This document shows, one piece after another, positions 40,701 to 57,866 of a stretch of 64,000 bases of DNA (position 1 is the first letter of the stretch; every line of letters begins with the position of its first letter). Location: positions 118,854,001 through 118,918,000 of the forward strand of contig OZ024743.1 of assembly GCA_964016885.1 (NCBI GenBank). Reading direction: 5' to 3'. The translations under genes were made by a program, and so were the position numbers. This stretch comes from Eledone cirrhosa (taxonomy: Eukaryota). The notes beneath the pieces were generated by a model. That model made no database searches. It had not been told where the DNA came from and saw only the letters and a program-made list of their open reading frames with translations.

Positions 40701-42662
40701 ATAATAATAATAATAAATGTGATGACTAAAATCCAAAGAGAGCTTGATAAGGATAAATATATATCAAATATATAAAGAACCCTAGAGCAAATATTCAAGC
40801 AAATATCTTCAGAAGATCCCGTTAAGGCTGAAAGCAGCGATTCTTTGCTTAAACTTTAATCTGTTATTTTAATAAATATATATATATTTATATATACACA
40901 CACACATACATATAGATATATTCATGTATATACATAGCTATACCCACACATACACACATATATATATATATATATACATACATATGTATATATACACATA
41001 CATATAGATATACTCGTATATACATATCTATACACACATACACACACATACATATATACATACACACACACACATATACATATACACACACACATATACA
41101 TATATATATACACATATATATATATATATACACCCAGACACACATATACCTATATATATGCGCATATATGTATACAAAGAGAGGGGGAGGGGAGGGGAAT
41201 GTTATGTCAGGAGAAAGGTCCTTAAACTATATTTCATAAAGATTTTTTTACGCCAGGCTTAAAAGAAAATTATTATGAAGTTATTGTCTTAAAGAAAATC
41301 AAGAAAGTAGAATGTAATGAACATTTTAAACTTTGATGAAAAGCCACGTATTTTGGGTGTCAAGTTTAACTGATTTAAGCAACGCTCCTGATGTGTTTAT
41401 TTTAACAACACTGGAATAACGAAACCCCAAATCGACCAAAATGTCTCTTTCCCTATTCTACTAAACGTTCTAATAATATTGATTTTTCCATTCAATTTTC
41501 CTCATTAGTTGACTAGTATTTTACCTCATCGATCTGGGAAGAATGATAGGCAAAGTCCATATCAGCGTAACAAAATATCGCAGGGCAAATTGTTTGTCAC
41601 CGTACCAGCTCTATAATCCAATCACTTAAATATATTGGTTTTTAATTTAAGCACAAACGAGTGGTGTTGTTTTTTTTATCAACCACTGAGTTATAAAAGG
41701 CAAAGTTGATCTCAGAACATAAATAGCCGTAACACATTACCACAAGACATTTTATCTGACTAGCTAATGATTCTACCAATCCACTTACTCTCTCGTAATT
41801 AGAAGAAAAAGAAAAAGAAGAAGAATAATTATCTGGGTTTAACATAAAGTCTAAAAACTCGATATTTGAAGGGAAAAAATAATAAACATTTCCGGCTCCA
41901 GCCCACCAACCTCACTAAAAAATTATATTTTAACAACTAGATTAATCGAACACTGAAATATTGAAATTATAAATTGTCTAATTTACATCGCTTTTGTTCT
42001 GAGAGTCAAAGCGTGTATGTGTTTTTATAAACAAAAGAAAAAAAAATTACAAGTGAACATCGTATCCTTGAATTGGAAAAATAGATAAACTTAATTAAAT
42101 AAAACAAGAAAACTATTATTTTACATGACAATGTTGTCTGATAAAAAGTCCGACTCTCTGGATGATTACTAATGAATGATCATTGTAAAATAAGTCGAAG
42201 TATATTTTATCATTAATGGGAGTTAGTGAAACTCTTTCAAGCTTGGCTGTCTGAAGCTGTTTTCTTTAACCTCCATTTCATCAAACTTGATGTGAACTGT
42301 TGCCACTCATAAAAACTGTCGTAAATTTTAATTTTCAGAAATAATCTAAATTATTCTTTTTAATAAAATTTTAGAATGATATGATAATAGCTGTAGATAG
42401 AATGGTGTGGCTAAAATGTTCCCGCCTGAAACACGTAGCCCCGGAGATCGAAATCTAATACGTGTAATTGGAGACTTTCTTTTATAACATCGAGAGGGAA
42501 AATTTATAAACGAACAATGTGTACCATCAGTTGTGTGGGTGTATGTAAGTGGTTTATTGTTTACAATTGCTTAGTTCGGGGATAGCATTGGTTTTTCTAA
42601 ATGTATTTACGTTTAGATTTAGGCAATTGACTGTCTTAATCACACACAGGGACACACAAGCA

Positions 42663-42715
<53 letters not shown>

Positions 42716-44734
42716 CATGATGTAATTAGTTATGATATTATTATCTCTCTTACGCCTAGTCGACTTCACATTTTGTCCCTTTTGAGATAAAAAAATAAGT
42801 ACCAGATAAGTATTATCTAGGACTACCTTATTCAATGCGTCCTGATATGTTAAAGGAGCATGTAATTCTAAGGATATACAGCTGCTAATTAAAGCCATAA
42901 TGCATAGGTCCCTCGTTGGTTCATGTTTCTGTGAATGATGAACTTGTGTAGTATTTGTAAATAATATATATTCAAATATTGAAAACTACCCTTTTCCCAA
43001 CACAGAAGCTTCGTGCAACGAAAATTTAATCTATTAAGATATAAAAGTATCCATGTGAGCCCAATGTTTATAAATGTCTAATAAGACATATAAGAATCAG
43101 TGGGTTATAACTTAGCGACTAATGTCAGATAGTGAGGAACAGCGATTAGCGATAAGAAATTAGTGGGTGGATGAATTGCTGTCATCACCAATGTTTCAAA
43201 CTGTCTGTTAAGTAAAGTATAAGACCACTGTAGAAGTGTGAACAAAAGACGGATGGGGGAAGGAATGAAAAACGAGAACTCACAAGAAATAAATAAATAA
43301 GTAAATAGAATAAAATAATACAAAATAAATGGTGACCTCGTTAGTTATTCGGCGTAGTATTAGAAGAGAAGAGAGGTACTATCGCACTGACCTTTGTTTT
43401 TCATTCACCCTCACCCTCATGCAAAAAATGGTTTCAGTTAGAAGAGAATGTGAGAAAAAGCACCCACAGAAGAAAGATGGCGTGCTTACCTTTTTTTAGT
43501 GGGTAGGGGGAATGTTATCACAAACGTCAGAATTTATATTGGTGTTGATAAGGGCGGAAGCGAAGACGTAAAAACGGAAGGAAGAACGCTAAATAAAACA
43601 GTCGCGTGTCCCCTTGTTTTCACTTGGTTACAACTTGAAGCTTTATTTATAAGGAATCATAGCAATTCGTAGATATGTCATTTAGACGATGTTCTTTAAT
43701 ATATCAACTGACGTGCAAGAAAATGACAGTCTATTCATAAGTAACTACCTTACATGAGTTCATTGAACATTGACACGTGCAAGCAACCACACGCCGCATT
43801 CCATGGCCAGAAGAAGAATGAACTTGTGAATATTAATAGTTTGTTTGCAGTATTGAAATAAAATAATATATGCAAATGTATCAAACATTATTGCATTTAA
43901 AATGGTAATGATTTCTAAAGCTATTTTAGCAAACCCCCGAAAGATAAATAGTTTATGAAGCTAGAGTAAAATAGAGTTTATATATATAATGCATATTATA
44001 TAACACAATATATAATACATTCTGCGTAAAATTATATATAAAGATTAAATATATGCACGAGAGTGAGTATGTTTGAATGTGTGTATGTATGTAAGTATGT
44101 ATGTATGTATGTATATATGTACGTGTGTGTGTATTATATTAACATATCAGCAGCAACACTAATTATTGATTCTAAAATTAACCCGAAGCAGAAGATAATG
44201 TTCGTAAGAAATAAAACAATAAAACAAATAGACAATAGCAGCTAATATATTACTGCTACTGTATCTTGAAACAGATGAAAAAGGCAAGGACAGCAGGAAA
44301 TTTAAGGATTGAACTATTTTTGACGAAAAATATGAGAAAGGTCGGAAAATATATGAAATAAAATAGAACATAATAAAAATAAAATGCGTAATTGTGAACG
44401 CCATTAATTTCATTCGGTGAAGTGCTTCCAATATCGACTAGTCGGAGCACAACTTCCCCAAATCTAATGAGTGCTGAAGATTTATCGACTGCCAGCCTAC
44501 CATAATTTCTTTTCATCTTCAATAAAAGGAAGCGCCTTGTTTTGGCCGATTGAATCTGTTGTCCGCAGCTCCAGTCCCGCATACCCTCTTTCTACAAAAT
44601 CCTCCATGCGTTTCAGAACTTTGTCGCTTTCAATTTACGGACAAGCCTAACTCGTGGCAATTGTATCAAAAAATGAATAACAAACAAATAAACATAATAA
44701 TAACAATAATAATAATATTATTATTATTATTATG

Positions 44735-44955
44735 AATAATAATTGTTTCTACTTTAGGCACAAGGCCAGCAATTTTGGGGAAAGTGAATATTCGATTAAA
44801 TTGATCCCTGTGCGTTACTGATGCTTTATTCATCAACCCGTAAGGATGAAAGGCAAAACTAACCTCGGTGGGATTTGAACTCAGAATGTAAAGGGACATA
44901 ACTCTATACTGCAAAGCATGGTGTTCAACGCCCTACCAATACTGCCAATCCACCA
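44735..44955 (-). mobile_element. main SINE, full length
   Basis: Same core, B-box and tail, with (AAT)n flanks. Confidence 0.88.
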
Positions 44956-46964
44956 ATAATAATGAAAACAACATAGATTCAAAAATTAGAGAATAACATT
45001 TTATTCCACTTTGTTTTCCCATTAGAAACCAATCTTCCCTCCTACATTAAACATACAAATCTCTCGTTACTCCGTGTAAACAAGCTCCAGAATTGCACGC
45101 GTTTGAGTATGGGTACGTATTACACACACATACATATGCATATATACATATATGCTTACATACATAGATAAATACACACAAACATACATGCTTACATACA
45201 TACTTAGGCACGCTCTTATGAGGAATGAAGGTTTGGTTAAACGCAGAATGCAATACGAATCATATCCTTGTGCAAAAGATTCTTTCTATTGAGAAGTTTA
45301 GTAATTTACCTTGTTTTAATAATAATCCATTCATTTCACTAATTATTTATACTTCATTTGTTTCATGAAACAGAAACCAAAAATCGCTCATTGCACATAC
45401 TTAACGAAAATTGCATAAACATACGGAAAAAATTGGCATATTAACGGTTAAAAGATCTTTGATAATAGGTCTGCTCGATCTGCACTTATCAGAGGCTGAA
45501 CAAAATCAGTGTTGTATATTTGAGGACTTATTTTTTTACTCTATAGCTTAAAATCAGTTATGTCAGCGGAAATAAAACTGATCGCACGTGATATACGCTC
45601 CTAAGTGTGTAAATAAGCTAATGTATTCAAAATGTAGGTGTGAATATAATTAAAGTAAAGCATTAGATTAATTGTTAACTTTTTAAAGAAATATTGCATC
45701 ATGTACCGCAGTCAATTTCGGACATTTAACCTGTTACGCGAAGCATGGACTTCACTGTTATCACTGATTTAATGATGAAGGATTACAATATTACAACAGC
45801 AGTAAGCTTGCAAACCTTGTGTATTTAGAAAAACAAAGAATCAAAGTATAGTTAAAGCATTTATATTAGAGTCAGTCCCCTGTGGTCTACCGAACTAATG
45901 GATCTTCAAATAGGGACACTAAATATAGCACATTAAAAAAGCAATAACAGAGATCCTGAGGAAATAACATGAGTATTAGATATTTGTCAACCGTATTGTT
46001 CCTTCTTGTACTCCTTATCTTATATATATATATATATATCTGTGTGTGGAGAGAGAGGGGGGGGGGCGAGAGAATGGGAGGGTGGACTGTGGTACATCGT
46101 CTTCATTTAAGGAGTCTTGAATTTATCATTAATAACGTATTTACAAGTTGCTTCGGAAGAAACACTGAATACTACACTTCCTTTACCAGAAAAGAGGTTG
46201 TGGTGAGGTAAATACAGAGACTCGGCAGTAGGATTTACTACACTAACTTGAAATTTACTGTACAAAGACCGAAAGTTCTCACGCCAAAAGGAATGAATGA
46301 TCTGACTGACATAATTTGTCTGACAGATTATAAATTATTTTTATTTTCGTGTCAATGATGGAGGGAGTTAAAGCTTGGGAGGTAAAGACAAAACCAAAAA
46401 TAACATCTCATGCCGTTATATAAATAAAACATTGCACGGGGGAGATATCAAAAATAGCCAACAACCTAGAAAGCTGTTCCTGTTGTAGGGTGTATACTTG
46501 GAGAAATTGAAACAATAAAATAGTGTGTGCGCGCATGTGTATTGGAAAATATATTTTCAATCAACTTTAGTCCCTATTTAGAAAGACGAAATACTTGCAA
46601 AAATGGTTCCATTAGGGTTCAAGGAAGCAGGCTTGTTTTCGTTCAATTAAAAGTTGACATAGATACAAATGATAGATATCTTTCTTAATGCATATTTAAT
46701 AAAGATATTCTAATTATTATTAAAAGAGGAAACAGATTTTAAGATGACTTCTTTCAGGTTTGTGCATCAGGAATGGAACGTTCAAACATACGGATCTCAT
46801 TGTAGCCTAGCTGGATAAAACGACCAAGAAACCGTGGGGATTATTACCAACAATATATGAATATATATATATATACAGGTAAAGTTTCGAAAACGGGAGA
46901 GATGGAACAAGGTTTTGTCCCTTATGATTTGAACGCATAAAGTTATATGTCTCTCTTTATTTTG

Positions 46965-47043
<79 letters not shown>

Positions 47044-47246
47044 AATAATAAATGCGGAGACTAAAATCCGAAGAGGGCTCGATAAGGATTATATATATAT
47101 ATTAAAAAAACCGTATCGAAGTTGTAGCTATCATATAGCAGGTACTACTTGAGTTGTTTCAAGCAATCACGAAATACTCGATAGAGTAAACACAACAGTT
47201 AGAAAGTGTGATACTAAGAAGTACGACCGAAGGCAGATAGGTTGAA

Positions 47247-47280
<34 letters not shown>

Positions 47281-48429
47281 GGAGAAGGAGAGAGGGAGAA
47301 AAAAATTAATGTTATAACATTTTATATGATTAATATAATAATTCATTTTATTTTGATATTTCATTTAATAAACAATTTTGAAAAGTATCGCCGCGTCTAG
47401 ACAAACTGGGTGTGATATTGAAGCTATTAATCTAGGTTTTGATAGTCTCAATTGAAATGTACTCGGTAACTCGAGAAGAAACACACTCAAATTCATATAG
47501 GCACACACGAGATTTTGTTGGTCTTCACCTATGCTTCCAAAAGTGCTAGAAATTAAGTTTTTATAAATGGGAATTATTCAAACGAATGTGTTCTCTCTTC
47601 AGTTCTAAAGTGTTGGTAGCAACATTTATTAAACGCAGAACTACAGCGTATATGATCTCTCTAATTTCAAAAGAATCGTGCGTAGATAAGTGGTTTTCTT
47701 AATTATACGTATATTAATATATTGTTTTAATGGTTTCTCTCTTTGACTGCAACAATGCTGTAGCATCAGCTTCAATGATGTCGAGACCAGTACCGTGTTC
47801 TCTTAGAATTAAAAGGCAAGGTCAATCTGAGTTGGATTCGAACTTTGTATGTAAAAATTTGTGCACGAATGCCATACGATATTCATTCGAAGATCTACAG
47901 ATTTCTGCTATTCCCCCTCTCAAACACGCATTTTCCGTTTGAAATTTTTTATCCAGGGCAATAAACACTTGCACACCGTGCTTCTTTTTGGGATGAAACA
48001 CGGAACAAGTAGTACCGAAGTGAACATAACGACACTGTGTTTGTAAAACGTTGGGGTAGTAAAATGATGATCAAGAACGTAAGAATATAGACAGAAAGGT
48101 ATGTTTGCCACTGTTCTAGTAAGTTTGATTACATATAGTTAAATAGAGATCCTGTTATTAATGAATATTTCTTTGACCAATAAGTCTTGAGATTTCCAGT
48201 AAATATCCTTTTACTTTCATGGCAGTACATTTGATGATTGAATTATATATTGATTTCTCTAGAAACTTCAAATGAGTGCAGTATCTGGCTTTAGTTAAAT
48301 GGCTAGGTGCCAAATAACATGTACCGCAGTTATTTATGAATGCTATATCTAGCCAATAAGAGAATCACCACACAATCATTTGATCTACTATAATTAACAA
48401 TCAAATCCTTCTCAAATAAGACCTATTTC

Positions 48430-48760
48430 ATAATCCATTTCTCTTTTTCTTCTTTTTCGCCCACTTATGCTGACGAGGGTCGTGGGGGTCGTGGGGGCAA
48501 AGTACTCACACACTCCTTCCGGCGGGTCTTGTCAGAAGAAACACCTCCAACTGGTCCGGCTGGATCACCAAGCGTCTTTTCTGAAACATTCTAATGACAT
48601 GCCCATATTATCGGAGATGTGATCTCCCAATTCAGAGAAGTAACGGCTCTAACTGGAGTGACTCTCTGATCTCCGAGATACGCACTCTAACGTTACTCCA
48701 AAAACCATTCAGAGTAATCCCATTTCGGCTGCTTGTATTTGCGATCGTGCTGAAAATTTC
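48430..48760 (-). mobile_element. RTE LINE 3' fragment
   Basis: Minus strand reads RSQIQAAEMGLL and VRISEIRESLQLEPLLL; homologous to 3670-3970. Confidence 0.8.
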
Positions 48761-48976
48761 CTGGATTTTAGAGGAGCGCGAAAGGGTAGAGATGTTAACT
48801 TTACAGGGGAGGTAGAACCACTGCAATACGTGAGGGATTCTGTTGAATAAAATCTTTTATTTTGCCCAAAGCCAGGATCTTTACAGCTCCCCCTCGTATA
48901 TACATATATATATAAAGTACCAATCGGAACTGAGGTCAAATTAATCAGCTGATGCTTCTACCACATTATTATTATG

Positions 48977-49190
48977 AGGGCGGTCGAATAGTAGATTCGT
49001 TAGTGCGTCGGACAATATGCTTAACGGCAACTCTTTTCGTTTTGAGTTCATATACCGTCGAGGTTAGCGTTGCCTTTCCTCCTTACGGGGTCGTTAAAAC
49101 AGAGTACCAGTAATGCGCTAGGGTCGAATTAATCGACTTCCCTCTCCCCAAAATGTCTGGCCTTGTGCCTAAATCTGAAACCATTATTAT
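48977..49190 (+). mobile_element. main SINE, older full-length copy
   Basis: gggcggtcgaatagtagattcgttag...gagttcatatacc...ttgcctttcctccttacggggtcg...ggccttgtgcctaaa. Confidence 0.85.
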
Positions 49191-50507
49191 AGTTATTGTT
49201 GTTGTTAATCCATTTTCCTCCATCCGAATAGATTAACCTCATTAGACATTAATGGTGTAAGTGCAAATATAAGATTCTGTATAACATCTTGGTTTTTCTA
49301 CTAATATAAATCAAGACAGATCTTCTTGTTTGTCTCTGTCTGTGTAATGTCACTGAGTTTACAAACAATTTGTTAGGAGGTGCTGCAAGACAGGGATATG
49401 GGTATGAGAGGAAACAAATCAGCATGAGCGACAGAAAGTCAAACACTGAGATAAACACAGAGCAGTAAAAGATTAGGCGGAGAGTGAGAAAAACAGTGAG
49501 AGGGGGGGGGGGGGTATGGAAACGCAGATAGAAAGACACGAAGAGAGACGGGTAGAGAGATAGACAGAGGAGCAAATAATTACGCAGAAAATCAAAGAGT
49601 AAGAAAGCAGGAAGAAAGAGGAAAAGAGAAGGAAAGACAAAGAAGCCAGAGATAAAAAAGAAGTTCAAGGATTGAATCAGTGAGAGAGACAAAGAGGCTT
49701 GTGAAACAGATGTAAAGAAAGAAAAAAATGGAGACATCCAAACATACACACGTTACGCGACTACAAGAAAAGCAATGAGAATTTGATGGTCAAAATATCA
49801 ACCGATATTAGATAGGGCTCGAGAAGATTCTTAATGGGTCAGTGAAGTGAATTGAAGTGAGGAGGATAACAGAAGACAGTGAAACATTCGTAAATCTTTG
49901 TCCTCGACATTGTCTATGTCATGTCCCATTTAATGAATACAAAAGAACAATAGCTAACGTTGCCTTTTAACCCGATCCAAGTAATAAACCATCCCAATGC
50001 AACAACGACTATCGACAACTTCCTCATCATCATCAAAGAAGAGCTGAATTTTATATACACATCTCCACGTTTTGCTACTCAGGAGCCAAGAGGTGACAAT
50101 TTGGACATTCAAAGGTAACATCGTTGAATATTAAAGTATTCTAATTTTTCATTGCAGGAACTTGCGCGTTGGGTAGGTTGTGAGAGAAAGAATCAAATTC
50201 ATCGGTGATTCTCTTCCAGTCTTTTTTCATTTTTTTGAGATGTTGATGGTGGTGGACTGGGTATGATCAGCATCATCATCATCATCACCATCACCAGTGT
50301 GTCTATTGTGTATAATTTTGGGGGCTTTTTGTCTCTCTCATAAACCAATATATATAAGCCGCTTTCTATTTTTTCGCCTCATTTTCCAATATCTGATTCT
50401 TTTTATGTAGAATTTATTTGACTCAGTAAGCCAGATGTCTCTTAATCAGAAAGCTTAACTGTATGTAATTAAAGGTAAAGAGGCAGAAAGGGAGAGAGAG
50501 AGAGGGG

Positions 50508-50581
<74 letters not shown>

Positions 50582-50773
50582 GTGTGGATAATTGTTTTGT
50601 ATGTGTATTTTTAATTTGTATACTTTTACCTTCTTGTCGAATGATAACAGACAATATAATGCAAAACAAAATGGAAGAAATCTAAATATTAAACAAAGAA
50701 AGAATAAATAAGAATCGATTGATGCAAATTATTGCAAATCCGCCTTTTGAGAGGAGGAATATTTGATAGTGAA

Positions 50774-50777
<4 letters not shown>

Positions 50778-50811
<34 letters not shown>

Positions 50812-51156
50812 TATATATAATATATATATATATATAATATATATATATATAATATATATATATAATATATATAATATATATATATATAATATATATATAT
50901 AATATATATAATATATATATATATAATATATATATAATATATATATATAATATATATATATATAATATATATATATATAATATATATATAATATATATAA
51001 TATATATATATAATATATATATATAATATATATATAATATATATATATAATATATATATATATAATATATATATAATATATATATATAATATATATAATA
51101 TATATATATAATATATATTATATAATATATATAATATATATATATATATCATATAT

Positions 51157-51188
<32 letters not shown>

Positions 51189-51569
51189 ATATATATCTAT
51201 ATATATATAATATATATATATATATATAATTGTTTCTACTTTAGGCACAAGGCCAGCAATTACCCAGTGCATTACTGGTACTTTATTTTATCGACCCCGT
51301 AAGGATGAAAGGCAAAGTCAACCTCGGCGGGATTTGAACTCATATCGTAAAGGGACGTAACTATGCTGGAAAGCATGGCGTCCGACCCTCTACCGATACT
51401 GCCAATCCACCGCCCTTATATAATATATATATATATATATATAATATATATATATATATAATATATAAATATATATAAATGTATAATATATATATATATT
51501 ATATATATATATATTATATATATATATATTATATATAAATATATATAAATGTATAATATATATATATAT

Positions 51570-51603
<34 letters not shown>

Positions 51604-51748
51604 ATATATATATAATATATTATATATATATATATTATATGTATATATATTATATATATATTTATATATATATATTTATATATATATAATATATTATATA
51701 TATATATATTATATGTATATATATTATATATATATTTATATATATATA

Positions 51749-51795
<47 letters not shown>

Positions 51796-51833
51796 AAATA
51801 TATATATATTATATATATATTTATATATATATA

Positions 51834-51875
<42 letters not shown>

Positions 51876-52107
51876 ATATTATATATATATATATATTATA
51901 TATATATATATTATATATATATATATATTATATATAATATATTATATATATATATATTATATATAATATATTATATATATATATATATTATATATAATAT
52001 ATTATATATATATATATTATATATATATAATACATATATATATAATATATTATATATATATATATATATTATATATATATAATATATATATTTATATTAT
52101 ATATAAC

Positions 52108-52187
<80 letters not shown>

Positions 52188-52254
52188 ATATATATATATT
52201 ATATATAATATATATATATTATATATATATATATATATTATATAATATATTTAT

Positions 52255-52287
<33 letters not shown>

Positions 52288-52474
52288 TATAAAATATATA
52301 TATATATAATATATATAAAATATATATATATAATATATATATATAATATATAATATATATATATATATAATATATATATAATATATTTATAATATATATA
52401 TATAATATATTTATAATATATATATATATACACTATATATATATATATTTATAATATATATATATATAATATAT

Positions 52475-52519
<45 letters not shown>

Positions 52520-52527
52520 TATATATA

Positions 52528-52561
<34 letters not shown>

Positions 52562-52562
52562 A

Positions 52563-52625
<63 letters not shown>
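50778..52625. repeat. ~1.85-kb (TA)n/(TAA) array interrupted by a SINE
   Basis: Almost pure A/T; SINE at 51226-51417. Confidence 0.95.
51226..51417 (-). mobile_element. main SINE, full length, young-looking
   Basis: Close match to 7301-7496 and 34813-35004; embedded in (TA)n. Confidence 0.92.
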
Positions 52626-52627
<2 letters not shown>

Positions 52628-52939
52628 ATGTCTATACGACTATACGTATATATATAAAACAAGAAGGGTATTATATCCAGATGGCACTAATGAAACCTCT
52701 TCTTTCCGTCAAATGTCCCAATGAAAATGCACATCCCTAGAATTTAATGATGCCACATAAACTATTCTCTAACAGTAGACTTTCTCTCTTATAACTTTTA
52801 TTGAAGATTGTTGACGTTATTGTTATTATTGCAATTATTATTATTATTACTATTATTATTATTGCTGTTATTGTGGGCGGGCTATTTTGAACAACAGCAC
52901 GTGCGTGTGTGTTTATTTTCGTATCAGTATAATTGTGTT

Positions 52940-53009
<70 letters not shown>

Positions 53010-54054
53010 AATCCATACAAAGACACAGGCACACAAACACACACCCGCGCGCACACACACACACGAACTTTAGTAGTGGGGGGTGAGAAACAGACTGAGT
53101 GGGTAGGTGTGAAACACATGCTTCATTGCACAATAAACACAGCTACAATTTTATTATTAAAGCAGCAGCTTTCACCTCCTCAGTTTCATGTGGTTATCCC
53201 TAAATAAAGATTTCTTTTCACTAAGCACGAGGCCACTTACGCGGGTGCGTGTGTGTAAAAGGAAGGCGAGGTTTGTATTGTCATTTGAATTAACACGAAT
53301 ATCTCACTGGTATTTAGATAATGTATCAGTCAACTTCATTAACCCACCACCACTAATACCATATACTGATTGAAACGTTGAATCACAGTATTATTATTAC
53401 AAATGTATCTTATAGTCAGCTTGATATAGCTTACAGTTGTTTATAATATTTAGTCGAATGTCAGCTCTAACAAGCAGACCTATGATTAAAGTGTTCAGAC
53501 CATGACAATCCTAGACAATATATGTAGAACTACATTATTTCATGTCAACTAATTTTATATTGTAACGTTTATGCGAGGGATGAATTTGATTACCATTTCT
53601 AGCAGATCGAGTGGACACGTCAAGCTTCCTTTCAAGAATGAATGAAATAAAAGTAATATATATGCATACACAAATGCGAACTCACATATGTATGAATGTA
53701 AGTACGTATATATATATAAGGATGGATTCAGCTTGAAACTGGTTAGACCAATAGTCAACAGAGTACTCGATACTTGTGTAATAGATTATGGTTATATTAT
53801 AAAGATTCGGGACCCGACGGATGATAGCGTGCCGTTTCAACAGCTAGTCCCGACTCTTCATAATATATATATATATATATATATATATTGCTAATATTAT
53901 TATCTACTACAATTCTGAGTTCTTTTTCTTGTATTCTAGGCGGAGCCCGACTCCCATATTGAATGGTTTCCATTTAGCACCATTTATCCAAACACAAATA
54001 CCCGGGCATTCGTATGAAGACATCAGGTCAACAAGAAGCTGATCTCGATTCCAT

Positions 54055-54243
54055 ACTCCTGCAGAACCAATCGGTAGGAGACCCAAGGATAACAACTAAG
54101 TGCTCGGCTGGTATTGCTTGGTGATCGGTCGAGCCGGATCATTTTGAAACGCTTGCTTCTTACAGGAGTGTTTGATGAGTCTTCTCCAACGGCCCTCTCA
54201 AGAAGAAGAAGAAGAAAAAGAAGAAAAAGAAGAAAAAGAAAAA

Positions 54244-54290
<47 letters not shown>

Positions 54291-54378
54291 AGAAGAAGAA
54301 GAAGAAGAAGAAGAAGAAGAAGAAGAAGAAGAAGAAGAAGAAGAAGAAGAAGAAGAAGAAGAAGAAGAAGAAGAAGAA
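54055..54378 (+). mobile_element. RTE LINE extreme 3' end with (GAA)n tail
   Basis: PIGRRPK...ctcggctgg...cttggtgatc...aacggccctctca followed by (GAA)n at 54200-54378. Homologous to the 3' ends at 3670-3800 and 48430-48580. Confidence 0.7.
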
Positions 54379-54505
54379 CTCAGAGTTTTTGTAGCTAAGA
54401 GAAGTAAAACTGAGTATTTTATCACTCGCTTCATTTCTCTCTTGTTTCTAAACTAAATCAGGCTAAACACACAGGCACACACACACATACAGACACATAC
54501 ACACA

Positions 54506-54541
<36 letters not shown>

Positions 54542-54819
54542 TTACAGTAATAAAGAAGAGCAGTTGAAGCAAAAGGAACAAAAGTCGAAATATTTCGTCC
54601 ATGACTGAATTTCCACAAAAGAAGGTTCATGTTATTTATCCGAGTGAAGTTCAACGGATTTATGACACTGCTAAAGTTCAGTGCAGAAACAAAATAAAAA
54701 AAATGAAGGAAGTAAAATAAAATAATGAGAGAGAGGGGGGGGGGGGGAGAATGAAGACAAAACAGACGCAGAAACACGCACACTCACTCACTCAGACGTG
54801 TGTGTGTCTGTGTGTGCGT

Positions 54820-55248
54820 AGAGTATATATATATATACACACATATATATATATATATGTATATATATACATACATATATATATATATACATATATACCT
54901 ATATTCATATATATACATATACATATATATATATATATATATATACATATATACATATATACCTATATTCATATATATACATATACATATATACTTATAT
55001 ATATATATATACATATGCATATATACATATTCATATATACATATGCATATATACATATGCATATATACATATATACATATTCATATATACATATACATAT
55101 ATACATATACATATATATATACATATATATATGCATATATAAATATATACATATACATGTATACATATACATATATATACAGATACACATATAAATACAC
55201 ACATATATATACTCATATATATATACATATATATATCCATTCATATAC

Positions 55249-55279
<31 letters not shown>

Positions 55280-55428
55280 TAGTGTGTGTATGTGTGTGTG
55301 TGTGTGTGTGCCTGCGTCCATGTGGGATAGAAAGTTGGAAACAAAGAAAGCGAGAGAGTGAGAAAGTAAAATGAATAGATGAAAAAGAGAGAGGGAGATG
55401 AGAAATTGGAGATAGACTAATCCAAACG

Positions 55429-55472
<44 letters not shown>

Positions 55473-55587
55473 TACATACATATATATATAAACACATACA
55501 TATATATATACATATTTATATATACATATTTATATACATACATATTTATATATACATACATATATATATATACATATATATACATAC

Positions 55588-55661
<74 letters not shown>

Positions 55662-56151
55662 ATATTTATAGATACATTATATATATACATATATACCTAT
55701 ATATATATATATATTAACACATACATACATATTTATATATACATACATGCATATATATTCATATATACATATATATATATATAAACACATACATAGATAC
55801 ATATATATATATATATATATAAACACATACATAGATATTTATATATAGCATATATATATATACATATATACATAGATACGTATATATATACATATATATA
55901 TAAACACATACATACATATTTATATATTCATACATATATATAGATACATATATATATTTATAAATATATATATAAACACATACATACATATATATATATA
56001 CATACATATATGTATATACATACATACATATATATATATACATACATATATGTATATACATACATACATATTTATATATACATACATATATGTATATACA
56101 TACATACATATTTATATATACATACATATTTATATATACATACATACATAC

Positions 56152-56246
<95 letters not shown>

Positions 56247-56740
56247 CATACATATATATATATACATACATATATATATATACATACATATATATATATA
56301 CATACATATATATATATACACACATATATATATATACATACATACATATATATATATACATACATATATATATACATACATATATATATATACATACATA
56401 TATATATATACATACATATATATATACATACATACATGTATATATACATAGATACATGTATATATACATAGATACATGTATATATACATACATACATATA
56501 TATATACATACATATATATATACATACATACATACATACATACATACATACATACACATACATACATACATATATGTATACATACATACATATATATACA
56601 CATACATACATATATATACATACATACATACATACATATATATATATATACATATATACACACATACATACACACACACACACACAGAGATATATATATA
56701 TATATTATATAAATAAATATATATATATATATATTTATAT
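54820..56740. repeat. compound (TA)n/(TACA)n microsatellite blocks
   Basis: Direct reading; short unique spacer at ~55310-55430. Confidence 0.93.
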
Positions 56741-57810
56741 GGGAGAGAGAATTGAGCATGTTAAAATATAGAAATTTTTATTGAGAAAGAGTCTGTGTCA
56801 TAAGAGGAAGGGGAGGAAATGATGGGAGGAGAGAGATGGAGTAGAAGGAAAAGCAAGAAAAGTAAAGAAGGTAGAGAGTAATGATTTTTTGTTGCGTGCA
56901 GTTTGTTTTCATCGACATTATTGTTGTTAATATTTTTTTCATGTTGTGTGTGTGCGTGTGTGTTTTTGTGTGTGTGTGGAACAAATACAGCAAACGCCGA
57001 TCTTTGGCATCAATTAATATCAGACATTAACATTAACTGCTGCTACAGCAAGCAATAAGACATGGGAGCCACCGTGTTGGAAGTGAACGACGACGACAAC
57101 AACAAAAACAACTACAACAACAACAACTGAAAGACAACAACAACAACAGAAAGACAATAACAACAACAGAAAGACAATAACAACAACAGAAAGACAATAA
57201 CAAGGATGACAACAATGATGAATGAAAGACTTTCATATGCTAACAGATTATACACACACAGAGGCACATAAATATATACATATATGTGCACAAATATGTG
57301 TGGATATTTATATAAATCTATAAGCAAGTGTATTGTTTAAACAATGCATCGATGTATGTGTATGTATGTAACTAAGTATGAGTATATGGATCTAGTGAAC
57401 AGTATCTATCCGTTTGAGTGTCTGCATGTTTGCATTATGTAGAAGTATTAAAAACAATATGCAAAAGCTGTTCATAAGGCTCATTTGCATTATCAACCGA
57501 CAATATCGAAATAAAGAAGTTTTGAATCAATATGAGGACCACGGGTGTAAATTTTAAGTGGTAACGATGATGAGGATGATGGAAAATAATTAAATAAATT
57601 ATAAGAAGAGCGAGGAAGGTCAATTACACTTGAATTTTGCAAGTTACAATATAATAGTCTAATAAAATCAAGTGGCACGAAACTGTTATATGCTATATCA
57701 TGTGACTTCAATCTCACATCAGCGCGATATTATCTTGTCAATAATATATATTAGTCACAAAGGGAAATACAGTATCGTGAATAGATAAATCGTACACACA
57801 ACACACACAC

Positions 57811-57866
<56 letters not shown>
